From positions 18,786,001 to 18,850,000 of the forward strand of contig JBHGNT010000013.1 of assembly GCA_043228905.1 (NCBI GenBank): a stretch of 64,000 nucleotides of DNA. The letters are read 5' to 3'. The position numbers were made by a program, and so were the translations under genes. This document shows, in pieces, positions 13,346-26,610 of the stretch (position 1 is its first letter; each line of letters starts with the position of its first letter). Under the pieces are notes generated by a model. It was not told the DNA's origin, made no database searches, and worked only from the letters and a program-made list of their open reading frames with translations. This DNA comes from Azolla caroliniana (Eukaryota; Plantae; Polypodiophyta).

Positions 13346-14614
13346 GACCCTCCTTTGAGAGGAAGTCTATCCCTCACTCTCCCTCTCCGTCAGTAATAGA
13401 GATTTTGGCTCCATTGATTTGATGCAAGGACGGAAGCACAATGGATGAGGAAGCTCGCTTGATGATGTATCTAGTTGCCGAAGAAAGAAGCTTTACATAA
13501 TATTCATATCTTCTTGTTCTCTCCCTCTCTCAGCCATCCCCTCTACGACTCTATTTGTGTGCGCGCGCTGTCATGAAGGAAACCTTAAGCGAACATCTTC
13601 CATGGATAGGACGCCTGATTTTTCCCCCCTTGAGAAGAAGTGCCATGTTGACATCCCTCTTTGGAGAATAGAGCATGTAAAGTTACACAAGGAGGTTTTG
13701 GAATCATTTGTGTCTTATGCTCTTTCTGTTCTTCTTGGCTGTGCTTTGCCATATGCTTGAGATGGTCTAAAACATCTTGTCAGGGGGAACCCCCTCTCCA
13801 CCAGCCAGATTATACTTGACAAATTATCCAAGGTCGTGCACGGATTCGTCGACTCTTCTACTAAGATCCTGTCTTCTTGACCTCATCCACTTGTAGCCTC
13901 CTTAGTTGCAGAGGCCTGATTCGGTGGCGACATAAATCGCGCATATGATTGCTCTCCATCAATGTTGCTCCTGACCAGACCATCAAGAAGTGCATCACAT
14001 CCAGCAGATGCGCCGCCTTTTCTCAGTCGTTCTCCCTACTATAGGTGAATGTCTACACCTTGGATCGGTAGGCAAGAGCCACCAGGTAGAGATCGAGTGC
14101 CTCCTCCTTGGTCTCACAATTTGCATCGATCCTCACCATCTACCATACGAGGAAGCAAGCATTGAGAGGTTTTGCCATGCTCGTGGATGAGATCATTGGG
14201 GGGAGTAGAAGGATTGAAGGAATTTAAGCGATTGGGCAGGTAGTGAGGAAGGATTTGACCTCTACGTGGGACTCAAGATGGCTCACCAAGATGAATGGTA
14301 GGCGAGCGATTTGATGTGGTTGAGCGTGGCATAGAGATAGGAATCGTGGTAAAGCCTCTGATCAAGGTAGGCTTGGAGAGGTAGCACCGCCCTATTTCTT
14401 CTTCCTCCGCAAGTATATTAAAGCACAAAATCTCACAAGTATAGATGAGAGTTTGATTGTAGGCACAATGAGCTCTTGTCCTCCATCACCTTCAGAAAGG
14501 GGTTCTGAAGCCAGTACTAGTGGGCAAGATAGTGACTTTAGCTCAAAGCTTTGTTGCTCTAAATTCCATCCCAAAAGAATTGTAAACAATGGAGTTGTTT
14601 TCGATTCTCTTCAA

Positions 14615-15204
14615 TGTTAGGAATATGAATTCAAATTGGGATGATTTGGACTACCAACTCAATCAAGACAAATTAAACAATAGATGAAACCACAAGAGGA
14701 AAATGAGAGCACCAAAAAATTTAACGTGGAAAACCCAAAATAAGGAAAAACCACAGAACCCCTTTGTGTTCAAAAACAAGTTCACTATTTTTCTTAGTAC
14801 AAACGAATACAACCTCTCTAGATTTGACTAGAGGGATGTATATGCTAAGGCAGTAGCCTTGATTACAATTCCTCACCCAACGGGGTGGATAGAAAAACTA
14901 ACAAAACTGGAAACAAGGAAAAACATGAAATGAAGAAACCTGATGCAAAGTAGACAGGATAGTTGTTGTTCAATCGTGGTTCTCTAATAGCACGAACAAC
15001 CCCTCGTAGGTCTCTATGTCCACTTTTGCACTTTGGTAGAACACTCTTCCTCTTGTTCTCTGTTTTTTTGTCACCCTGTTTTATGTTTTTTTGTCACTCT
15101 GTTTTCTATTTTTCTGTGTAAAAAAACAGGTCACGTTCTCTGCCTTTTTTTGGTTTTTGTTTTTCTCTTTCTGTCTTCTTGTAGTCCGACGCCTATATTT
15201 GTGT

Positions 15205-15252
<48 letters not shown>

Positions 15253-15305
15253 AAGACACATACCCAAAAAAACATACAAAAAGGTAAAAGGCATACATAC
15301 ATACA

Positions 15306-15375
<70 letters not shown>

Positions 15376-17090
15376 CAAATAATTATAACTTTTCTTATAA
15401 TTTGCCTTACTTAAGCCTATTTGGTGTTCAGCTGACTCAATGTTGTGGGCTCCACTTGAGTGGACAAGCCCCAACAATTCTCCCCCTCCGTCTCAACTGG
15501 GGGGCACAACCAAGTTTGCCTTTTGTTTGCAAACTTCAAGCTTCTCCCTTGACAAACTTTTAGTCATCATGTTGGAGCCATTCTCATTGGTATGTATCTT
15601 CTCAATGTGCATTTTCTTTTCTTCAAGCAGATCTCTAATCCAATGGTATCTAACATGAATGTGCTTTGACTTAGAGTGAAAGGAAAAATTCTTGCTTAAG
15701 TGAGTAGCACTTTGGCTATCACAATACAAAATGTACCTTTCTTGGGTCAGCCCCAACTCTTGTAGGAATTTCTTTAGCCATAACAATTCCTTACTAGCTT
15801 CTATGGCAGCAATATACTCGGCCTTCGTTGTGGATACCACACATTTTTGCAATCTCGATTGCCAAGTGACCGCTCCCCCTGCAACGATCATTAGGTAACC
15901 AGATGTAGACTTTCTGGAGTCAACATCACCAACCATATCAGCATCTGTATATCCATTGAATATAGTTTGGTTCTCACCAAATTTTAGATAGACTCTTGTG
16001 GTACCCCTCATATATCGCAGGATCCATTTCACTGCTTCCCAATGATCTTTTCCAGGGTTCGAGAGAAAACGGCTCACGACACCAACTATGTGAGCAATGT
16101 TCGGCCTCGTGCATACCATAACATACATTAAACTACCGATTGCAGAGTCATATGGTATTTGTTTCATTCCCTCTTGCTATTCATCACTCATAGGGCATTG
16201 AGTTGAGCTAAGTTTAAACTGGCCCGCGAGTGGAGTGTTGACCGGCTTAGTCTTAGCCATGTTGAATCTCTGAAGTACCTTCTCAATGTACTTTTCTTGA
16301 GACAGCCAAAGTCTTTTGCTTGCCTTGTCCCTGGTTATCTTCATCCCAAGGATTTGCTTGGCTGGTTCCATGTCTTTCATGGCAAAAGATTTGATGAGTT
16401 CCTTTTTCAGCTTCTCAATCTTGTTGGTGTCTTGACCAACGATCAACATATCATCAACATACAAGAGAAAAATGACAAAATCCCCATATGGGAATTTCTT
16501 AACAAAAATACAATGGTCTGTGTTTGTTCTATTATACCCATGGTTCAACATAAAGGAGTCAAACTTTGTGTACCAAAGTCTAGGAGTTTGTTTTAGGGCT
16601 TACAAGCTCTTCTTTAACTTGCATACCAAGTTTTCCTTACCTTTGACTCCAAAACCTTCTGGTTGATCCATGTAAATCTCTTCTTCCAAATCACCATGGA
16701 GGAAGGCGGTTTTTACATCGAGTTGCTCGATTTCTAGATCGAGATTGGCTACAATCCCAAGTACAACTCTGATCGAGGACATCTTCACCACTGGTGAGAA
16801 AATCTCCTCGAAATCAATTCCCTTTTTCTGGTTGAACCCCTTCACAACCATTCTTGCCTTGTATCTTGGCTGTGAGCAATGTTCCTCAGTCTTGAGCCTG
16901 TAAACCCATTTGTTTTTCAGCTCTCTCTTGCCCATAGGCAGCTTTACAAGATCATAAGTGTGATTGTCTTGCAAAGACTTCATCTCATCATTCAGCGCGT
17001 CAAGCCATTCCTCATGATCATTTTCCATAGCTTCTCTAAAGCTTTCTGGCTCTCCTCCATCTGAAAGCATCATAAATTCATGTGGGTTGT
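14615..17090 (-). mobile_element. Ty1/copia (Tnt1/Tork-like) RT-RNase H and 3' LTR (14615-15476)
   Basis: NKWVYRLK, QLDVKTAFLHG, LLYVDD, GYTDAD, STTKAEY, KSKHI; PPT GGAGGGGGAG at 15480-15489; LTR bounded by TGTT/AACA. Confidence 0.9.
15208..15368. repeat. Compound microsatellite (CA)n, (TACA)n, (TA)n inside the LTR
   Basis: Directly visible. Confidence 0.97.
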
Positions 17091-17099
17091 ATCTAGCAC

Positions 17100-18470
17100 C
17101 TCCGATTCAGCTCCGGTAAATCCCTATTGGAAGGCTTTACGGATTCAGACATGTCGGCTGATGTAGATACCAGTCAGTCCACGTCCGGATATGTCATGAC
17201 ATAGCAGGGGGAGCCGTATCGTGGCAGTTGAGGCTGTAGAAGTCCGTCACACTGTCAACAATGGAAGCGGAGTATATGGCAATCATGGAAGCCAGCAAAG
17301 AGGTCATCTAGATGAAGCACTTCATTGGAGAGCTAGGGATCCGATAGGAGGAATTCCGGTTCCACTACAACATTTAAAGTGCCATCCACCTTGTAAAGAA
17401 CGCAACCTCCACTCTCGGACTAAGCACATCTAGAGGAGATACTAACAGGAACTACACGCTCTCGATGAACAACGCTCGGCCACAACCAAATTTAGAATCA
17501 AAACACAAAAAATGGGAATGAATGCACGACACAGTGAAGAGAGGAGTACACAGGATATTAACGTGGAAAACCCAAACTAGGGAAAAAACCACGGCAGCCC
17601 ACAGACTGCAAACTAGCACTGTATCAGAATGTACAATAGAGATACACCGAGACAACGACCTCAAGCTTCCTATCTTCGCCACAGGTAGCGGTTACAACAG
17701 AGGCAACGACCTCTTCCTCTCTCTCACTCACTCTGTACACAGTTACGCACACTAATCTTTGCGCCAACAAGAATTACAACAACTACAATAAACTGAGTTT
17801 GCCCTAAGTCATATTTATACTAATATGACTTTTCGGCTATTTACAAATATAGCCCCGATGGACTCTCAAGAAACATATTTATGGATATGTCCCTTCATCC
17901 GGTGAGCACTTCTCACCGGGCCTTCACCATCCGGCTCTTGCCGGGTACTCCTCATCTGGTTCTCACCGGGTCTTCCGTAGTCGGGTACTCCTCATCCGGT
18001 TTCAGCCGAGGCCTATCAGCCTCGGCCAAGTTTGCTCATCAATACTGTTCTTCTCACTTCCCATCCAGAGGAACCTGTTTCCCAACAGATACCACTGGCT
18101 CCAGGAAAAAGTAGAAGATAAAGAGTTTTCGTTGACGAAGATCAACACGGAGGAGAACGGGTCGAACATGCTGACTAAGGTGTTTTTGGCTGAGAAGTTG
18201 GACGTGTGCTGGAAACAGACCAAATTGACAAGACAGCCCATGCCGGAGTGAAGGGGGATTTTGTTAGGAATTCGGTCCCTTCGGATTGTATCCGGATGGG
18301 ACGAGCCGAAGGAAAGAATCGGATCGGATGGATCCGGAAGATATCCATAAACTAGATCGGATGAATCTGATTTGGTGTCCGACTAGACATTAGTTTATGT
18401 ATATGTTCCGATGTGACTATTTCAGGTCATTTTGTAAATAACCCTAAAGTTATATTAGTATAAATATAAC
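17100..18470 (+). mobile_element. Ty1/copia RNase H fragment, PPT and partial 3' LTR (from 18261), split by a solo LTR
   Basis: LEGFTDSDM...STSGY, RTKHI.RRY|HWLQEKV...NGSNMLTK; PPT GTGAAGGGGGA then TGTTAG. Confidence 0.8.
17443..18087 (-). repeat. Copia solo LTR with 5-bp TSD GATAC
   Basis: GATAC at 17438-17442 and 18088-18092; ends CCCAACA; AACGTGGAAAACCC...GGAAAAAACCACG motif shared with the LTRs at 14615 and 47150. Confidence 0.85.
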
Positions 18471-18840
18471 TAATGGTATAATGTCATATAATCCATCACA
18501 ATGTAATTGGTAAGAGTAACAATTATGTACCACGTTCATTTATACTATTTGAAACCAACAGACTTCGAACGTAGGTAACTGAAAACCTTTTATTATCAAG
18601 AACATTCACAAGTTCATGTATATACTCATGCTAGGAGAAATGAGAAAGTATAATATCATGTTAATACCCCAAACTGGAGAAGAGCATGGTGACCAATCAT
18701 ATGTATATACAAATTATAGTTCAAAAAATGATTAAAAAGGGAAATTCTGAACGGGTGAATAAAATTAAACGGTAAATGATTACTTTTGTTCTCATATACA
18801 AAAACAATATCAAGTCAAGGTATACATTATGCCATCTAAA

Positions 18841-21800
18841 TCAATCTATAAGCAAATCTGGCACACAAGGCTCTTCAGGCGCTGATTATTCTAGACTATT
18901 CTCGTTTGTGTCATCTCCACGTTGTCCTGAATCTGATGTATGTTCAAATTGTGTTACATCTTCTAGGTCCACAAGCTCCCCTGCTTCTTCATCAATAGGT
19001 TCCATTGGTTCTCGTGAAGTCATTTGGAACATCTCTGTCTCATTGATGTGCTTAGCTCTGACTTCTTGATCCTGATCTGGACAATCCTAGATTCCTGTGA
19101 TCCTCATTTTGATGAAGTTAACTTGTGCAGGGTCCTTCTCCAATGCAACACAGTTTTGAAACATCTTCAATGCACAAGCTGTTGTAGTACCTAATGGCCG
19201 CATGAACATGAACAAGTATATATAAGAATTAAAGTCTTAAACTTGATCGACAAAAATCAAAGTAAATATATTTTATATACCTGTGCTAGAGAACAAGTCT
19301 AGAACCCAATCATCTGGATTCGAGAAGAGCTCTAGGAGGCGGTTGATCAATCTTTGAGGTTTTTGATAAGGATTCACCATACTCTTATCACCTAAAACAT
19401 GCCTTAATTTTTTTGTGACAGCTGGGCACATGATATAATTTACCACGTTACGCTCGTTGAAATGTGCTCTAGCCTTCTTCTTTGTTATTGAATCATAGTA
19501 ACCCACACAAAAATGTTCGACCGCACTAACCATTGGATCGCCAGGGCTACGTGTAATATTTGTTTTAATCCTACAAAGAAATAAAATCATGTTTTAGAGG
19601 TATGAATGTCAACATATAATAACAAGTATCATAATGATTAAAAACAAACTGTGACACACCAATGCATGTGTTTAGTGGCATGACAACGTGACTTCAGAGT
19701 TGTTGTGACTGACAGTGATTGCCGCATGCTATGGAATATGATTATCCTCCACAAGGGGGCCAATGTCAGTTTGGCGAAATCCTTTACTATCTTCTCGATT
19801 TGGGGGTACTTGAAAGGCACATCATCATATGTTGATCCCGCAATTCGGAATCCATATGGTATGTTGGCTATTAGCATAGTGTAGTGCCTTCTCGGTAACA
19901 GATCGAGCATCTGTGATACTTCCCCATTAAATACACTATAATGTAATTTTTTATAAGGATCTGACCTATGCAGAAAACTCTTCACAGTCTCTGAATCCTT
20001 AGGCAGTTCCATCTCTTTCCCTTTGGTCATTCTCTTCTCATACTTTGCACGTTCTAAGTTTGTGATAAAGGCAGTTGGAATACCATCATTATTGTCGTTG
20101 GTCTTTTTTGATTTCAATGGTTTCTGCAACTGTCAATGTTGTTAGGAGAGAACATTAGATTTCAATGTATTAACATTCAAATGACACTTACCCATTCTCT
20201 AAAAACAATAAAATATTCCTCCAATGCCTTGTAGGAAGAAGTTATCGGGCAGGCTTGCTCCAATTCTTCCCATGTCGGTAAACTCAATTTTTGCATCATC
20301 AACTCCTGAATCTTCATGTATACCTTGTGACTATACAATAAACATGAAATTTAAAATTAAAAATCAATAATAATAGAAGAATATCCTGAAACATTGTATA
20401 CTACCCTTACTTTTGTAATTCAATAACCATCTCGTCCAAACTAAATTCCTTGGCAACAACTTGAGATAGCACCGATATTAATAGCCTATCATCTTTAATA
20501 CCCTGTAATGACCTCCAAGGTAAAAGTTTCATGTCTTCTGCTAACTCCTCAATTACCAAGTCGCTTTTGCCCTTTGACTTCGATTTGATCTCAACTTGTA
20601 GATCAATCCTTCCCTTCTTTGACCTCTTTCCGCTCCCACATGCTCAATATTTTTTCCTGGAGATCCCACACCCCTCCGGTCCGAAAGGCTAGTTGAAACC
20701 AGGAATCATATTTTCGTAGCCCTTCTGATTTTGTGCTCTCATGCACTGCAATCCCCACTTCTAGTAAACATTGGCGACGCAAACCAGGCCACAACCTTGG
20801 GCCAAAACAATTTAATGCATCTAGGTACTCATGATGAACAAATCTGATCCTTTCAATGCATGACATCTTTTTCCTATAATCATTATCATTGTTATGGTCC
20901 CATGCTAGTAGCTTTGCGTCCTCGTGAGTGAGTCCTGCATATACTTTACATTCGGTGTACTTAAAGAATGGGGTGAGAGGGTATTCTTTCACAAGCTGTC
21001 TACGAGCTTCGGCCGAATGCGATCATCCAATTACATAATATGTATAATCATCAACAGAGCTATACTTGAAGTCTACTACTGTTGGACATTGATCTTGATC
21101 GACCATTACTAAAAATGGCATGACAGTAGCATGTGGATTAATTTTCATTTTGCTCTTCAAGTTTTGCACATGGACAACGTGCGACTCTCTAATTTCTAGG
21201 GGACGTCTTCCAATCAAGGGATCAATTGGAGGCCTCTAGATTGAAGTAATTGGCAAATGAAATAGTTGCGCCTTACGCACAAGTTTTGTCTTAACAATAT
21301 TTTCTCTTATTTTATTTTGTTCAGACGTCAATACACCGGAAGATAGTTGACATCCCGGAGCCACGACTTCGACTTGGTGCTCTTCTTCTTCCTCCACGAA
21401 TTCTAAAACCTCTTCATCATCTTCGTTGCATCGTGGTCGTTTGTTGTATTTCTTATGAGCTGGATTTGTCTTTCTAGATTTTTTTGGTGGAGTTTCTCCT
21501 GTCACATACAACCGTAGTGCAACTAATAAGTTGTTCATCGTTTGAATGTCTTTACGTAATGACTTGGGGTTGCAACATTCTACTACTAGGTTTCCCTTGT
21601 CAAGACGCAATCGTCTAGAGCCAACAGAGCTCGAGACATCGATTATAATACTCGAAGAATCACTATCTTCATATTCTAGCTTGGTTACATCTCCATAGTT
21701 AAATGTTTTTCCAAGCTCCAATTTGCCTTTACCGTCCGACTTAGCTATTATTAAGAGCAACACCCCATCTTCCTCGACATAAGAGAGACACCATTCTAAC

Positions 21801-22451
21801 TTTGGGTAATTCTTATATTTAAGTTTAGATGTTTTCTCTTCCTGGGCCCCACCCTCGCTATTTTTGGTCGTTGCAACAGAAGACTTACATGCTCCATCCC
21901 CTGTTGAGTCAAATAGAGTTCTTCTAGAGACATCTTTGACAAAAGAGTCAGAATCTCGCTTTGTTGGAGTTTGAAGCTTTAGTTTAAACGAAGGAACTTT
22001 TTGACGAGAGTCACTGAAATTAAGACAACATCCTATTTAGGTTAATTATGAACAAGACCATACTATTTGAACAAAAACGATGGAGAAAATAGTAAAATAA
22101 AGAACAATTAAATGCAAAACACTAAAAATAGTATCAAAATGATGAGAAAACTATGATGAGGGACATAAATTTTCTATCTGCAAAACCCTATTTTTTCAAC
22201 AAAAATCCGATGCACTGCATCAGATATTGGTTGAAGGAGGGCTATCTTCCACCAAAATCCGATGCACTGCATCGGATTGTGACATGACTTCTCCTTAACC
22301 ATCTAGTGAAGTTTAAGTGCATTTTAATTCGATGGTGTGTTTCCTTAACAAAATATTTGAGGATTATTGCTTATTGTCAAAAGGAATCTTTAAGAATCTT
22401 AAAAAATGTAAAGAATATTGCTAACCTGGCGATCTTCTTTCCCTTGTTCAT
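18841..22451 (-). pseudogene. ParB/Srx-like domain plus beta-class DNA N6-adenine/N4-cytosine methyltransferase, 6 exons (copy 1)
   Basis: GT-AG introns 22014-22425, 20331-20410, 20124-20191, 19571-19659, 19191-19280; motifs YYVIG*SHSAEAR, MLIANIPYG, WIKT, NPYQKPQRL, VLDLFSSTGTTTA, CVALEKD; premature stops. Confidence 0.85.
22195..22278. repeat. Two palindromes ATCCGATGCACTGCATC(A/G)GAT in intron 1 of the MTase gene
   Basis: Directly visible; conserved in copy 2. Confidence 0.9.
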
Positions 22452-22739
22452 GATGCCTGGCGGAGGTAGTGCTTCGGAGTGCTTGAAATTAGTTTGTGCT
22501 CTGAGCTCGATGGATTCTTTGTCGCGATAATGAAAATGAAATTTGAAACTTCATTATATATAAATGTTTTTCTTCTTAAATAAAAATTAAATTTTAATTA
22601 ATTGTTTTTGAAATTTCTCATGTCTAGTTCTAGTAGTTATATAGTAAAGATTCAACATTCCTTAATCTTTTCTATAGAGGAGTTCGGTATATAGCCCTTT
22701 GATGGTGGTGCCACAGGGTTTGTCTTGATAGTTTTGAGA

Positions 22740-25138
22740 ATGTCTTCTTCTACAAGTAGAACATCTTTTTTTTCTATTGCCCCCTTTTCTTTGTCCAACA
22801 ACTCGTATTTCTCAATAGACGAGTACGACTACAAGAGACATTCGAAAGGCTCGCGTCAGAAACAGAAAAGTGAGGCTCCTAGTAGCTCGAATTCTCTTTT
22901 TTCAATTGATCCTGTTGATGGACCTCTTCATGTAAGCTTAGAAGCGGACGATACTTCTATAGATAACAGTAGTATTAGTAAACCACTTGCATTTAAAAGA
23001 ATCCCTTGACAAGTTAGTGAAAAGAGATTTAATTTTTTATGTTTTGATCGTCAACTTCTTTGCGACTTGAACAAAACATGTTGTGCGAATCTCTACCTTT
23101 CAACTTATGGGAAGTCGAGGTTACGTGAAACACGACAGAAATATTTGTCACTTAATGGGGAAGAGCAGGACACATTTCTTCTTTCGCATATGCAGCTTAA
23201 AATGGATCACAACGCAGGGTCTAATTCTACGCAGGTTGAATATTTCCTTGGACTATATACTAAGTGTTGTCGAGCCGCTTTTAAAATCGCTCATAGCATT
23301 GGAAATATGCGGCTGCAACGAGTTCAAGAGCGTCTTCTGAAGGGATCGTGGATACCATTGGATCGAAATGGTTCTGGATGTAAGGGTCAAATTGGGCAAC
23401 ACGCAATTAGGTGGATGGAAGTATATTTTTCAAAACAGTGCGACATTATGCCTACGACAGGAAGACTACATTTGTCAGATAACTTTACTCGAAGGGAAGT
23501 TTACCAATTGTACAAGGACGACATGTCAGTAGATGATGCACCTTACATAAAGTATAGACATTTTAATCGATTGTGGAGGTTACAATTTAACAATGTGGTT
23601 ATCCCACGAAAGGTACGAATGGGAGTCTACTCAATATGTGCCAGTTTAAAAAGTATGGCCAAGGGTGGAAAATCAAATGTAGAGATGGGGAATTACATGA
23701 GCCTAATAAAAGAACATTGTGAAAGTCAAGCATTGGAACGTTCTAAGGCTATGCATCACCGACAAAAAGCGCTTCAATCTCCCAAAAAGTATATGTGCAT
23801 GATTATTGATGGCATGGATCAAAAGAAGACTTGTTTGCCGCATTTCCAACGACTCCCAAAAGATATTGCAGATGAGTGCCTCGTGCAAATGCATCTAGTA
23901 GGGTGTTTGACATATTGTCAAACAATAAGGCCACAAGTATTCTTAACTTATCCTAATATCCACAACGACCCTAATCTCACTGTCACCGTCATGCACAAAG
24001 TATTGCAATCATGGTCAGGCATACTACCGCCAATTCTATATGTGCAACTAGACAACACAGCAAGAGAGAATAAAAACTCAATTATCTTCGGTTATCTAAG
24101 CATGCTAGTAGAGAGGGGCATATTTAAAAAGATAAAGGTCAACTTCTTATTATTTGGGCAAAACAATACTCATCTAGTACACAATGGGAGCCCCAAGAAG
24201 GTTGTAGGCTCCTACTTCATATCCCAGATGCACCACTGCATGGTGCATAGCAAATGCCATATGATGATCATAAAAATGTGGCACCCAATAGTTCTATTGA
24301 TGAACAAAGGGCATATCGGTTGTGATGTCTTGAAGAGAAACAAAAGAATATTGATCGCACCAAGAAGTACGCCAATGATGAGGATGTTGAATGGTGGGAG
24401 ATCTTCTTCACCCATCAACGCACCATTTTAGATGATTACATCGCCGGATTTTGGCCAATCCATAACCCATTCACATGGAATATTGGGGTGCCATCAATGA
24501 TATCGCTGACTCATCATCAACCATCGAATAATATAGAGCTTCATAATTTAGTTCGACCACCGCAAAGAGATATTTACGTGGGACCAAGAAAGTCACGTAT
24601 TGTTGAGGCAAGATGGCAAGGTAATTTGCAAGAACTACAAGTTGGAATGTTGGTTGCAACATTAGCTACGGATGATAACTTGGGCCATCCATTTTGGATT
24701 GCAAAAATTATTGAATTAGTGAAGGATGAAAAAGGCAATCAGACAAAGTCAATTGTGGTCCACTAGTATCAGACATCTTCACCTGATGCATTTACGGGAA
24801 AGTATTCTTTAGAGATGGTTAAGGATGTCAGATGTTCAAGCAGAAAGAGAAGAAGAAAGAATATACTGAGCACAACTACTGTCGCACTAGACCGTGTTGA
24901 CATACTAGTATACGACTTCTCATTGACAAAATCAGGCCATCTAAGACAAGCCACCATCAAGATAATAAAGGAGAAAATCCCAAATATGGCATCAAACAAT
25001 ATACAAAGACTAACCAGAAGCAATTCTCATAACCACAAAGATGTTGGCTAGGAATTGGATGAAGATAATGCATTGATTGCCACTGATGATGAGGATGAGA
25101 CGTCAGAATGCTCTTCCAGTCCATCAGACATGTCTTAA
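22740..25138 (+). pseudogene. Sola-like DDD transposase, copy 1 (internal deletion near 24152)
   Basis: MCMIIDGMDQKKTCLPH, LYVQLDNTARENKN, KIKVNFLL; the GHTH segment is deleted; C-terminal PFWIAKIIEL. Confidence 0.85.
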
Positions 25139-26610
25139 AATGTTGACTTAGTTCAAGCTCGGGATCGTTTACTACATGATCTGAAACTTTGTAAATTACT
25201 TTCAGATGTTAAATCACGAATATGTATAATTATAGCTGGTAGTCATGTTGTACATTCTTTTCTAATTTTGGCGATGTATATTGTTAGGCATTTTACTTAT
25301 GTCTAAAAGTGGTAGTCATGTTGAAATTCAATATATTTTGCCACATTTTTTGAAAAGCTTTACGCATGCGTCACGTCTTTTTGTAAACTTCGTCATTTTG
25401 TGCCCTTTTTCGACGTAGTGTTCCTAAAATGTGACATATTACCTATTTCAAATGACCCGGTGTTATGGTTATGTCATTACGAATGTCTTTTGTAAGAATG
25501 ATCTCATGGTGGCATCGTATCCATGTAATGAGGGAGGGATGTTGGATATGTGTGTCATAGGAGCAACCTCACATGAAGTGGGTCAAGCCCTACGTTCTTA
25601 ACATCATTGTGCCTATGATTATTTCATTACGTAACGAAATCGAAGTGACCAACGGGGATGTCAACAAAAAACTTGTTGAGAAAAGGATGGTGACAACGCC
25701 ATTCTCACAAAAATGTGAGGACGGCCACCAAGATCCATTCAATATAGAAATCACGTAAAAACTAATATGCACATATGTATATTTATCACATATATACGAT
25801 CAAATACGTATACACGTGACCACATATGCATATATTTAAAAAAAACGTAATATCAAATAGCCAACAATGATGTAATCGAGGCATATAGCCTCTACGCACA
25901 CGAAACGTCCAAGAATAAGGGTTAATCGTAATATGCAATTGAGGTATTCACCTCTTACACATACGACACCAAACACATATCATTTACTTAAAAATCGAGG
26001 TATTGACCTTGTTGAGAATCAAGCTCAACATAGTACAACGTGTGAACACAAATTTTCAGAATCCATGATTACTCAAAGGTCAAGCGTCACACCACTACTC
26101 TCTACACATTAACTATGTGTCATAGAATCATATTCTATGACACATAACTAATGAGTTACATATTCCCCATGACTATGAGTCTTCACATTCCCCAAGAGAT
26201 AGAGTGGTTGTTGTAGTTAGTTAATGAAGAGAGAGGGTGACTATATATAAAGCACCCTCCTCACACTTCATACTAAGTTGGTTGTGACTCCTTGTAATGC
26301 TACATTTTGTAATTCTTATTCTACTTGTGAAATATACACCTTCATCTTGGGTTCTATTTTCTCTCCTCTCTCTTTCTCTCACACATATACGCATATAACG
26401 CACATCTATTCCGCTGCACAAGAATCACCATCAATTCTTTACATGGTATTAGAGCGATTTGGTAGCTCGATCTAGCCCACTCACCTCATCGTGATCGTGT
26501 GTTGTGCTCTACGCCGACATTCAAGAAGAACCGGCTCATTGCTATCGTAGTACCATTACATAGCTCGTGTTCGAGAGAGAAGGAAAAGAAGAAAGGAAGC
26601 TTAATCGACA

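Larger units (their letters stand above)
18475..25464. mobile_element. Methyltransferase-carrying Sola-like DNA transposon, copy 1 (left TIR missing)
   Basis: Colinear with ~31880-38913; right TIR TGACATATTACCTATTTCAAATGACCCGGTGTT at 25432-25464. Confidence 0.9.

Noticed and set aside
13346-14614. Short ORFs downstream of the 13017 LTR
   Set aside because: No recognisable domain; probably decayed retroelement internal sequence that I cannot assign.
15033-15477. ORFs with HTHT/CVCV/YIYI runs (also 45369-45894 and 47216-47683)
   Set aside because: They are translations of microsatellites inside LTRs, not genes.
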